NCBI GenBank assembly: GCA_050613775.1 | Contig: JBODTK010000125.1 | Coordinates: forward strand, 1-64,000 | Length of the DNA stretch: 64,000 nucleotides | Reading direction: 5' to 3' | From: Neocallimastix sp. 'constans' | Taxonomy: Eukaryota | In this document: positions 18,949 to 32,856 of the stretch, one piece after another | Position numbering within the stretch: position 1 is the stretch's first letter | How the letters are laid out: each line of letters begins with the position of its first letter | Program-made: the position numbers and the translations under genes | The notes under the pieces: model-generated | Database searches by the model: none | Told to the model about the DNA's origin: nothing | Seen by the model: only the letters and a program-made list of their open reading frames with translations

Positions 18949-19929
18949 CTACATAGTTTGAAGTGCCATGATACCCTTCTCAAATCCACTTTTTAATGAA
19001 TTTAATGTTTTTTCACGTTTTTTAACATATTCTATTTCATCTAAACAAGTTTGATAATGCTGTTTTAGCATGTTAACAATATAATTTTTATTATTAGCAT
19101 TCTTTTTATAGGCATTATAATCAAAAATTGTTGATTCATTTTCAGTTTCACTATTACTACCACTACCTGCAGAAACTGGTAATGGTTTTAATGTACCCTT
19201 TGATTGCGTTTTAGCGTTTGCAACTAAATTTGGATTAGATGTAGATGCGGATGGGGATATTGGAGGATAGGAACTATTCTTTTCATTATAAATAAGACCT
19301 GATTCTGGATTTTCAAAAATTGATGTTAATGGTTTACCAACAGAAGAAGGATTATCTTTATAAATTTTCTTAATAGTCATAGAAGAAGTTAAATTACCAG
19401 AAGTAAGAATTTCATTCTTCTGATTAATTACATTCTGCATTTCTGATGATTTTTCTTCTTGTTTTGATTCATTTACATAGTCTTCTTCATCTTTTAATTT
19501 TGGACTTTCATATAATTTTTGACTGTCCGATATTATATTTAGATTTTCTTGGTCATCATTACTTGAATTAGTATTAATATTTTTACCATTTTTAGGACTA
19601 TTACTATTACTATTACTATTACTACTTGAACTATAATCTTTACTATCCTTAGTATCAAATGATCCATTACCAATATTAATAAGCGGTAAAACAGATGAAG
19701 TAATAGAAGAATCTTCTCTTTTATTTAAAGGAACTGTTAATAAAGTTTTTTTCTTTTTTTTAATATTATTTGTAGTAGAGCTCTCATCATGTAATGGAAT
19801 TAAATATTTACCTTTAATACTATCTTTATTATTATTATTGATACTATTACTTTTATTTTTGTTTTTATTATTGTTATTAGTGCTATTACTATTATAATTA
19901 TTATTATTATTGATGCTATTACTTTTATA

Positions 19930-19983
<54 letters not shown>

Positions 19984-22132
19984 TGTGTTATTATTGCTTT
20001 TATTATCATTATTATCACTATCATCACTATTTTTATTATCTTTTCTTTTATTCTTTATATTTTTTCCAAATATATTTTTATTATCTTGATGATTATCGCT
20101 ATTATTGGAGCCTAAATTTTTATTTTTTTTATTTAATCTAGAAAATTTATTAACACCAGCACCTGATAAGAATAATCCCATATTAAAGAATCTTTTTTTA
20201 TGTTTTTTTGCAACATCTTTAGTTGCAGCACTTCTGGTGTCATGAATAATTAATGTAATCATTTTAGTAGTAATAACAATTGATGGAAGAGAATATAAAA
20301 TTGGTGTTGCCTATTATTTTATTTAAAAATTAAAATATACTTAATATATTTACATATATTATTTTTATTTACTGCTTTAATGTCTGTTAATTATACTTAC
20401 ACCAAATGCAACAGTTGCCATGATTTTTGCGAAATACTGTTTTTTATTTATTATATAAATAAAATTTTAATATAAATATACATATAATAATATACCTAAA
20501 AAAATAATACAATTTTACTAACAGTATTAGGACTTTGGTCACCAAAACCTAATGTGGTCATTGTCATAAATGTATACCAAAAAGCATCAAGATTGGATTG
20601 TCTAATTTATTTTCAATGCATAATAAATTTTATAAATATTACATTTTATTATAAAAAAAAAAAAAAAAAAAAAAAAGATCTATAAAATAATAATAAATTA
20701 ACATACAATTCACAGGATAAACTATTTTCATTAATTGTTCCATTTTTATATTGACGTTTCCAATTCTATTGTTTTAAAAAAAATTTTTTTTTTAAATAAC
20801 AAATGCAATTTAATAATAATATATATATTATAATTATTAAAATTAATATTTACATAATTATATATAATTATTTTAAACAAATAAAAACAAATAAAATTAA
20901 TATAATTTTTTATAATTATATATATATATATATATATATATTAATTTTCATACTTGTGAAGCTTCATCCAATGTACATTTTGATAAATCTGCATAAAAAA
21001 TAACTCTTGAACAAAATATCATGACAATAAAATAAAGAATAATAACAGATATAATTTCATAAATTGAATCCTTAGTAGCTCTAATAATAATATGAAAGAA
21101 TTTAGAAATACGATTTCTTAAATAATAAAAAATACTTAAACAAGTATAAAGACGACAACACATTAAGAGAAACGATATCAATCCATAATGATTTATATTA
21201 ATTAGACGACATTGTGGGAAAAATTCCTCAATAATAAAAGGAAGGCATCCCAAGAATTCCATTATATGAGGAATATTAATAAAGCCTTTGTAAAGCTTAA
21301 ATAAATTTTTAGTTACTTTAACATCTTTGTAATTAACAATTACATTTTTACCATCTTTCTGATTACCTCTTATAGTTGCTTCCAACATTGCCAAATGACG
21401 TCTTTTACGTATAGGGTATAAAATAACATCTGCAAGAAAATAAAGAGATAACTGTATGAAGAATACTAATGAAACTATACGCCATGCCTTTCTTTCTGAT
21501 TCTGTATCTTGTGTCTTAAGTTGTGTTGAATAGCATTCCAAAAAAAATGAAAGATATAAAATAATAGCATGATATATATTAAAAACAGTAGCCAACCAAG
21601 ATTCACGTGGACTATATATTGCATCAGTAAAAGCATGATTAAACATTTTTGATATATGATATTGAAGATTGGTAGGCTCATCCATATCTCTCGCTAAGGT
21701 TGGTTGACTCTTGCTCATACCACCACTTTTTAATGGTGTATGGTCATCTGATTTTAATGGAATTGTTTTATGTTGTAAATGACTTGTTTTAGTATCAATA
21801 GATAAATAATCAAAACTTTTTGTAAAATTATTACTTTTATCTGGTAATCTTAATACCGAATTCTTCCTACTTTTAAAATTATTTGATTGTTCTATAGCTT
21901 TTGTTTTTGCTTCTAATTTTGGGTCAATAAATAAATTTTTTAATTTTGTAATATCACTTTCTTCTTTTGATTCCTTATGACTTTCTTCAGTTAACTTGTT
22001 TAATGTATAATTATCAAATGAAGTAGTTGTAAGTTCAATTTTTGGTATATTAAATTTTTTACTAAATTCTTCCTGTGCCTTTAAGGCATCAGTATCTTCT
22101 TCCATTTTACCTTTTATATTTGAATCTGACAT
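18949..22132 (-). CDS. 6TM Kv-type cation channel paralog A (filter TTLGFGD)
   Basis: Exons 22132-20954, 20765-20707, 20601-20523, ~20436-20401, 20310-18949. Pore exon reads QSNLDAFWYTFMTMTTLGFGDQSPNT; S6 reads YFAKIMATVAFGATPILYSLPSIV. Confidence 0.9.
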
Positions 22133-25100
22133 TTTTTCTATTTTCTTTTTATTAATTATTATTAATTATTTTTATTAAATTTGCTCAAAGTTAATAACTT
22201 TTTTTTTCATAATTATATATATATATTATATATATATATATAATTACTATAATATTGTATATCCGCTGAAAATATTTTTTAATTATATATATAAATATAT
22301 ATAGTTTTATTATATTATACTATAATTAAGTTTTCTAGATTTTATAAAATTTTAAAAAAATTTATAGTATTTCTATTTTTCACCTATATTTCCAAGTTAT
22401 ATTGTTATATACAAAGGATAAATATATTATTAATTTTGTCAATAATTATCTTTTTTTTTAAAAAAAAAATAAAAAATAAATATATTTTATTCTGTTTCTT
22501 AATATTTTGTTTACCTTTTATAAATATATAAACTTATAAAATATAATATATCAATTATTATTTATCAGATATATATTATATATTTTTATATTCTATCATA
22601 AATGTGTATCCATAAATTTATTATATATATGATAATTTATAAAGGTTTCTTTAATGTATAATTTTATTTTTTTTTACGTTATATCTTTTAAATTATCTTT
22701 TCATTCAAAAAAAAAAAAGTTTTTAATACATATTTATATATAAAATAATAATAAGTGAATTTCTAAATATAAACTTCAATCCTGATTAAAATTAAATTTC
22801 AATTAAATACTTCAACTGATAAATTTTAATATATAAAATACATAAAATATTAAATATAAATATTTCTAAATGTAATTATATATAAAGTTTTTTTTTTATT
22901 TATTTATTTATTACTGTTATTATTATTATTATTATTTATCAAAAAAATAATATTTTATATATTATTTTTCAAAATTAATAATTTTTTTTAAATAAAAAAA
23001 AATATAAAAATAATAATAAAAAAAATTAAAATAAAATAAAATAAAAATATGAAAATTTACTTTAACAATATTTATTATATAATATTCATATATTGGGATT
23101 TTATATAATTTTGTATTATAATAAGTTTTATTGACAAAAAAAAATTTTTTTTTATTATTTAATAATTTTTTTTATTATTATAATATTTATTTTTTTTTTT
23201 TTTTTTATTTTTTGTAATTAATTTTATATTTATATTTGATGTATTCAATATATAAATAAATTTACTATTATAATAAAATATCAATTAAAAAATAATAATT
23301 AATAAATAATTATAAATATAAAAAAAAAATAATTATTAAAAAAAAAATTAGATTTTATAAATAATGGGAAAAAGAAAATATAAAATATTATATATATAAA
23401 AAAAAAAAAAAAAAAAAAAAAGATAAATTATTTAATATTCATCTAATTTCTGTATAAATTTTTAAATTTATGATATGGTCAATTAGCATTTTATATTAAA
23501 AACTTTACTTTATTATTATTAAGGTTTATGTTATAATATTATAATATATTAATGTGAATTTACATATATAGGATAAAAATTTTTATTTTTATTTAAAAAA
23601 ACTATTATGAAAAAGAATTTGAATATTTTGTTTTTGTTTTTTTGTTTTTTTATTTTTTTTGTTTTTTATTTTGTTTTTTAATTTAATTATATAGTATTCA
23701 ATAAAAGTTAATGGATTATAATTAAAATAAATATTAACTATAAAATTATAATTATTATAAAATAAAAAACTTTAAATTCTGGTTTTATCATTAACAGATA
23801 ATTAATGATTTTATCTGAATTATTTTTTTATAAAAATATATTAAAGTAACCAACAAGTTTAAATTAATCTATAATTATTTAATTAAAAAATATATTTTAT
23901 AATTATATTATTAATATAACTCAATATATATTTATGTATATGTATTATTAATTGATTATATGCATAATTTATTTAATATATAGTTTTTTTTTTTCAAATG
24001 AATAAATTTTATAAAATCTTTTAAGTTCATCATTTTTGTAAAACATTTAAATTTGATGAATAAAGCCACAAAACCAAATATTTAAAAAATTAATATAAAT
24101 TTTTTATAAAAAGATATATATAATAATATATTATAAATATTATATATACTTATAATAATATAATAATAGTATAAAAGAACAAAAGTCATTTCATTTTTCT
24201 TTTTACTAATAAAGTATATCTTTAAAAAAAAAATATTATCGAAATTAAAAAGTATAAAAAATATATACTATACAATAGATGGATAAATATGTATGCACAT
24301 ATTTTTATGTTATTTAATAATTAGTTAAAAATAAAAAAAATTAGATAATAGCACAAATTGATAAAATATTTAAAAATTATACTTTTAAAAAATATAACGT
24401 AATTTAATAATATATATATTATTTTGTTTCTTTTCGAAATACAAATTAATAAAATAAATAAAAAAAAAAAAAAAGGAAGTAAAGAAAAAAGAAAAAGAAA
24501 AATAAAGAATTAGAAAAAAAATAAAAATAAGAAAATAATAAAATTAAAATACAATAAAATAATAATAAATATTATTAATTAATTAATTAAAATAAATTAT
24601 AGAAATATATGTAAAATAAAAAAAAAATAAAAGAAATCTAATTCTAAAAATATAAATGATATTTTGAATAAATTTTATATACCGAAATTTTTATATACCA
24701 AATAAAAAAAAAAGTAAATATAATATTAATAAACAATTTTATATTTATATATTTATATATCTTTATATATATATATAACATATAAAGATTAATGATAAAC
24801 TTTTATTGTTTATCATTAATATATATGTTTGTTTTTTTATTGTAATTTAAATAATGTTAAAAATATAAATTTCAAATATATTTATATTAATTAAAATACT
24901 AATATATTATTATATGTTTGTTAATATAAATTACCATAAAGCAGTATATATTATTTAAACATTTTTATTAACAATAAACGAGATAAACCATTAAAATAAA
25001 AAATAAAATAAAATAAAAAAAAAAGTATAATTATGTTATTTATTTTTTAATTTGTAACCGAAATTATATCTTATAAATACAATAAAACAAAACACATAAT

Positions 25101-25191
25101 AAAAAAAAAAAAAAAAAAAAAAGTAGTTAAAAATAAATAATTTAACAATTAATTATTTAATACATAAACTATTAATTTATTATAAGACAAA

Positions 25192-26629
25192 ATGTATTCA
25201 CAAGCATATCAAGAGAAATATGTTAATGCAGCGAAAATGCTTGCACTTCAACATAATAATAGTCAACAAGGAATAAAAACAAAGCCAATTCGTAGTAGAA
25301 GTGGATATGGATTTGACGGCAGAATTAGAAATAAAAAATATGATAATCTTTTTGATAGTAAATTTGCAAAATATGTAAAGCATTACATGGAAACAGTTGT
25401 TATGCTATCAGTTTTGGCATTTAACTTTCAAACTTTACCAATATTACGTAGAACAAAGATCGCACGTGACATATGGCAATGGTTAGAAATATTTTTCACC
25501 ATAAATTATATTATAGATTGGATTATACAACTTTATTTCTATCCATATTATACAGATGATTCAAAATTAAAGAAAAAGAAAAAGGTACCACCAACCAAAA
25601 AGCAATGGGCTTACAAAGGTTATTTTGAAAGAATTAGTACATATATTAATTTACTTTGTTGTATTCCATTATTTTTAGAATTTATTTTTCCAAGCATAAA
25701 ATTTGACAATTTTGAAAAGGCATATTCAAATTCATGGATTATTTTAGTATTTCGTTCATTCCGTGCTATCAGATTCTTCCAAAATTTATATACTTCTCGT
25801 ACTACTTCAGGAAAGATGATGAATTATGTAATTTTATCATTAAAAATGGCATATCCTGGTATTATTTCATTTATTATGATTGTTGCAGTTGTTTTTCTTT
25901 GCTTTGCTGGAATTTATTATTATATTGAAATTACATATTGTGAACTTAACGAAAATAATGTAATATATTTAGTATTCATAATAATTATTATATAGAAGTT
26001 AAATGATTTTTATTTAATCAATCAATATTGCTAATAATGATAATAATAATAATAAATAGGAATGGATCTTTAAAGAGGATGGATTTGATTTAAAAGTTTA
26101 TAAAGGTGATGCTTGTTCAGTGTAAGTATTATTTAATTACTATTATAAAAAAAAAAAAAAAAATAGTAAAAAATAAATAAAAATAAAATAAAATAAAATA
26201 AAAAAAGAAAAAATCAACACAATATATATATATATTATCAATTAAATTATAAATAATATTACTATTAATAATGCTATAATATAAAGTCAAAGTATTATAG
26301 ATTCTTTATGGTATACTCTCATTGCACTTTCTACTATCGGATATGGTGATTATATTCCATTTTCGGTAAGTCATTAATATTTATAAATTTTATATGAAAT
26401 ATATAATATTTATTTTATAACGTCAATAAATATTTATATTTGAATATTCGAATACATAGGCTCTGGGCAGAGTAGCAACATCAATTGCTGTTATGGTAAA
26501 TATACATATTATAATACATTTTAAAAATATTGTGAATTTTATTTTTGCAATAATAATAATAATAATATAAAATACCTTATATTTATATATATATATATTA
26601 TAATTATTTAAAATATAATATATAAATAT

Positions 26630-26674
<45 letters not shown>

Positions 26675-26977
26675 TATGTCTATTTATTTTTGCATTACCA
26701 ACTATTTCTATAAGTACATTTTTATCAAAACTTTTAATTGAAATTTATAATACTACCTCAATCTCAAAGGTTACAGAAAAATTGAATGAATTAACAATAA
26801 GTCATAGAAAGCAAGATATGACAATTTTAAATAATTTATATACCATTAAATCGGGAATTAAAACAAATAATCCAGTAACATTATTTGAAATTTTTAATAA
26901 TGATGCCACTGATAATACTAAACCAAAATTAGAAAAACGTCGTTCATTAAATCAGTATATTAAAGAAACAATGAAAA

Positions 26978-27036
<59 letters not shown>

Positions 27037-27822
27037 CCAACATCTTCAACAAATGGTAATAAAAATGCTATAATGAATGAAAATACAATTAATAGTAATA
27101 AAATATTACAAGTAGAACTACCTAATAATGTAGCCAAATTCCCAAATTTAGAAAGTATTATTGTAGGTAATTACGATGAAAATATCTATACCATACAATC
27201 TGTTGGAGAAGATAGTACTACACATACCCCAAATGTTAATTTATCAACAATGTTTAATGCCACAACAAATTTAAAATCAAATAATCCAGATATTTCTGTA
27301 TCTAGTCCAAATTCAACAAATAATACACATACAATTTTTGATCCAAAAACGCTTAAATTGGATGAAATGGACTTTGATGATAATGAAGATGATGAAGATG
27401 ATGATGAATCCCTTTCAGAATCAGATGATGATGATTCTGAAAGTGATGATGATATTTCCATTCAAGGTAATGTCAAACAATTAAGTCAAAAACATCAAGT
27501 TTCTACAAATGCGAATAATCTTCCAAAATCATTTGAAATTAATGCTAAATCAAATGAAAAATACTATCAACAAAATGATAATATTGTTAAGCCAACAATG
27601 AATGACATAAATGAAGAAAGTGAAGAAGCCATGAATTCGGACGATATGTATTTCTCTGTAGATATGTTTGAAAAAATTATGATTAATTATAAAAATATAT
27701 GTCGTGATGAAATTGAACAATTAGCAAATCGTTATAAAAATGTTCCAAAAGTTAAAGAAAAGTATGAAGAAGCTGCTATTTTTCAAGAATTATTTGATAA
27801 GGATATTTTAAAAAATAAATAG
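25192..27822 (+). CDS. 6TM Kv-type cation channel paralog B (filter STIGYGD)
   Basis: Exons 25192-25959, 26060-26121, 26287-26365, 26460-26495, 26674-27822. S4 VFRSFRAIRFFQ; pore QSIIDSLWYTLIALSTIGYGDYIPFS; S6 ALGRVATSIAVMICLFIFALPTI. Confidence 0.92.
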
Positions 27823-27947
27823 AATAGATAAATTAAACATAAATAATAAAAAATATAAATATAAACAATATAAACAATATAAAAAATATAAAAAATAAAT
27901 AAAAAATAAAAAAATAAAATAAAATAAAATTTAATAATTAAATCAAT

Positions 27948-27991
<44 letters not shown>

Positions 27992-28884
27992 TATAATTAA
28001 ATAAATTTTAGTTATTTTTTTTTTTTTTTTTTTTTTTTTCTTTGTCTATTTATTTATTTGAACCCCTAGGCATTTTATTTTTAAATTATAGTGTAAAAAT
28101 AAATTAAAAAAATTTCTTTTTTTTAATAGAAGAGTATATAATAATAAATAATGATTTATTAGTTACTAAATAATTAAAAAAAAATAAAAAATAAAAAATA
28201 ACAATAAAATAAAGAAAAATAATAATAGTAAGCAATAATTTAATAATAGCACTTTTTTTTTTTTTTTTTTTTTTTTTTCTTGTCAAATAAATAATAAAAT
28301 ATTATCAAATCGAAAAAATAATTATATGGTTTAATTAATTAATTATTTATTTATTTATATAATTATTTATTTTCTTTGATTTTTTTTTTTCCTTTTTTTT
28401 TTTTAGCTATTTATTATTTAATTCTAAATTTTCATGAATTATAATTGCATTAAAATATAGAAACATAAAAATAATAAATTATTATATATATATATATATA
28501 TATAATTTTTAATGTTAATAGATTGATAAATTGAAAGATAGATAGATAGATAGAAAATTAAAAAAAAAAAATGGTTAACTCTGATAGATATTTAAATTGT
28601 TTTATGTTGTTAGATCTACTATTTTTAAAATAAATTTATATTTTCATAATAGAAATTAAAAATTAATAATATAAATAAATAAATATATATGAAAAATAAT
28701 TTTATTTTATAAATTAGTAACAGTCAAAAAGTATAAAAAAAAAAAAAAAAAGAAAAATAAAACAAAATAAAATAAAATAAAATAATAAATAATAAATAAT
28801 AAATAATAATAACAAATAAATAAAAATTAAAATAAAAATTATTATTATTATTATTATTACTATTATTATTATTATTATTATTAT

Positions 28885-28926
<42 letters not shown>

Positions 28927-28938
28927 AATTTTAATATA

Positions 28939-29425
28939 TTAACGAATTGATTTTTTTTTTCTATGACTTATTGTATTAACCAAATTAATTGTTTTATCTA
29001 AACCATTCATTAAAAGATATAAGGTACCCGATTGTTCATCAACATCTGCAATTTCATTATCACAAAAAGCGTAATATTCCATGGATAATTTATAAAGTTC
29101 CTTACTAATTTCACTAACAGTCATATATTTAACTTCACCCATATTCATATCAACTTCAATCTTTCCTTGACTATTCTTACGGCTATGTCCAAAATTAGGA
29201 GATAAAGAATAAGGATTTAATTTACTTTTATCTTCACTAGCTTTCATATCTTTAAAAGTTACCGTTGACTTATTTAGGTTCTTTTGATCTTGAATAACTT
29301 TATTTAATTCTTCAATCTCTGGACCTTTATTCTTCATTAATTGTTTAGAGAGAGCATACTTTATAGTTGTTGTTGAATCTGATAATAATTCATTACTACT
29401 AATATTTTTGTTATTATCATTACTT

Positions 29426-29477
<52 letters not shown>

Positions 29478-31149
29478 CTTTAAATAAAGTTTTTATATTA
29501 ACAGGATCATTTCGTGAATTTGGTAAATGGGTTAATCCTGTATGACCACCAGGTCCAGTATTTATTGAATAATACTTCAAAAATGTATTAGTACTATTTG
29601 AAAAAGCTCTTGTAGATATAATATCCTTTAATTCCTTTTTAACTCTTTTTTTACGTGCTTTTTCTATCTTCTTTTCACATTCTTTAACAGCATTTTCAAT
29701 AGTTTCATTTTTTTTTAGTTGAACCAAAAATTCCATAAATTCAATGGTTAAGATGGAACTTGGAATTGGGAAAATCATAATTGCAAATATAATTGTAAAT
29801 CCAACAACAATTTTACCTTGAGCTGTTATTGGAGTAGTATCACCATAACCAATACAGGCAGTGGTTACTGCACCCCACCAATAGGAATCAATAATTGAAT
29901 TACTAAAATATAAAATATAAAACCAAATTATTAATTTAAATAATATTAATAAATTATCAATAAAAATAATGAATTAATATAAATATATAAATCATAATTG
30001 GAATTAGTACTTACACAAGACACTCCTCAGTTTTATTATTAACAACTCTAAAATATTTCTTTTAATAATAAAATTATTAAATAATTATAATTATTTATTT
30101 TATTAGAAATATTAAATAATTTATTATAACTATTTAAAATATCAATAATAATAATAATAATAATATATACATTTATATATTATATTTACCTCGGTTGTTG
30201 AGTCAAATTCACAATCATATGTTTCTGCAAAGAAAAAAAAAGCACTGAAAAACATCATAGTCCATAAAACTAAAATAGTTACTGTAAAAAAACCATCAAT
30301 AGAATTACTTAATACTTTAATTACTGATGACATTTGAATAATTTTCACAAAACGAGTATTATAAAAATAATAAATAAAACGAAAAATACGGGTATATCTT
30401 ATAGCAGTTGGTATCCAATTAATATAAGAACTATAAGTAAGACTTAATTTTGGAAAAATTAATTCAATAAAATATGGTGTTATACCTATATACAATTTAA
30501 TTTGAAATCAAAAAAAAAAAAAAAAAAAAAAAAAAAGTATCAATAATAAAATAATAATTTGATATTAATAATAAATTTAATTTAAAATTATAATAACATT
30601 ACATACAAAATAAAATATTGTATATATAATCCTTTATCTTTTTAAAACAAAAAAACAATATTTTAATAATGAATACTTACTTATTAAATTATTAATTTCA
30701 ATTTTACTTTTAAAAAACCTAAAATAATGAGTTATAGATGAAGTAAGTATTTCACGTTGTCTTATTGAATGACCTTTTCGTGAACCATCACTCATTGCAA
30801 TGTAAGAATAGTCGATATCACTATTTAAATTTTTATGAAAATATACATCAAATTCCTTTTCACGTCCATTTATTGTAATACTGAAAAAAGTGTATAAAAT
30901 GTAGCGTAATAATAAATCAATCCCTAAGTAAACAGTAATAACAATTTCTACAATTTCTAAAATATCTTCTTCTTTTTTATCTGAATGATATTGTGGTAAA
31001 GTAGAAACGTATAATGCATAAATAGCAGCAATGATGAAGAAAAAATTTATATAATTTATTACATTTAAAAATTTGTTTGTTGAACATAAATCATCATTAT
31101 ACAATTTTTGAATTGCTTTATCTATAAAAGATTTCTTTTTTGATGGCAT
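28939..31149 (-). CDS. 6TM Kv-type cation channel paralog C (filter ACIGYGD)
   Basis: Exons 31149-30681, 30485-30190, 30058-30015, 29902-28939. S4 AIRYTRIFRFIY; pore/S6 NSIIDSYWWGAVTTACIGYGDTTPITAQGKIVVGFTIIFAIMIFPIPSS. Confidence 0.92.
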
Positions 31150-31910
31150 TTTCTCTACTATATCTTTAACATTGAATATATACTCTATACTTTTAAATTT
31201 TTTTTTTTTTTTTTTTTATTTATCTATTTATTTATTTTTTACTTTTTGTTTTTTGTTTTTCGTTTTGAATTTTTAATATTTTATTATTATTATTATTATT
31301 GTTGTTTCATTTGATTAATCAAATAAATTTCAAAGATTTCCTAATATATTAAAAATAATATTAATATTAATTACATATTTAAATAAATATATTCAAAGAA
31401 AATATAAAAAAGTTTTTTATAACAATTAAAAATATATCTATAATAATTAAAAATTTTAATATTTATGAACTATAGTTTTCTATTTTATTTTGTTTTGTTT
31501 TTTGTTTTTTCTTTTAATTTTTTTTTTTTTTTTTTTTTTTTTTACCTTCTTTAAATTTGTTTAAAATAGGTTAATCTTCTAAATTAATTATCAAAATATA
31601 ATTAACAATTAATTTTTTAATTTTACTATTATATGTAAAATATATAAATTTTTATTTATATATTTTTTCTAATTAGATTTTTATTTTATTTTTCTTTAAA
31701 TTTCCCAATTTTTTTTTTTTGTTTGTTTGTTTGTGTGTTCTTTCTTTATTTCCTTTTTATTGATTTATATATTATATTATATTATATTTATTTATTTATT
31801 TAATAATTTATTTATTTTTATTATATTATTTTTTTATATAACATAAAAGTTGGAGTAAAAACAAATAAAAAAAATATTTAATAGGAATATTATTAAATTA
31901 TATTAATTAA

Positions 31911-31960
<50 letters not shown>

Positions 31961-32856
31961 TTTTTTATTCATTTATTTATATATTTTCTATTTATTTATT
32001 TATTTATATTATTATCAAAAATTTATTTACATAAACTATATATTTAATAATAATACTTTAAAAATATAATAAAATTTCGAATTACTGTATATTTTAATTA
32101 TATTGCATTATTAATTAATTTATTTAAATAGTAAAGTAATCAATTATTTTATAAAATGCATATAATAAAGTTTTCTTCATATATTAAATACTAATTATAT
32201 ATTATAATATATTATTAATATATAAAATTAAATTAAATCTATTTAAAAAATTTTAAATAAAAAATACACAAAAAAAATTAACTACAGTTTTATATAAAAC
32301 TGTAATTATATTAAATTACATTATCAATAAATTAAGATTACAATGTAATATATTATCCAAAATATTTTTTTTAATTTAAAAAAATTATCAATCTAAATAA
32401 ATATAAATTATAATAAATAATTAATTTATACTATAAAATTTTAGTGTTGTGGCTTGTTTGATTATGTACGATTATTTTAAAGATATAGAACTTGTTCATA
32501 ATGAGTTTTTATTAATTTATTAAAAAAAAAACATTTATACATAATAGAATATATTTTATTTATATTATTTAAATTTTATTAAATAAATAATTTCCCATAT
32601 AAAAAAAAAAACTATTGTGAATTAATTATTGCTATTGTAAATGGTGTTTGATGATTATTTTAATTTAGATAATAATTTCTTAATGAAAGCAAAAAAAAAT
32701 TAAATAAAAAAAAAGATTATTTAATTTAAACTTCTTTATTATATAAATTACTAAGTAATTATTATAATAAAAACGTTATTAATATTTAATAATAAATATT
32801 AATATAATCATTTTTTTTAAATATATATATACTAATTTATTTATTAATTAGTTTTG

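Noticed and set aside
24788..24820. 13-bp inverted repeat between channels A and B
   Set aside because: Almost pure A/T; plausible by chance at this composition.
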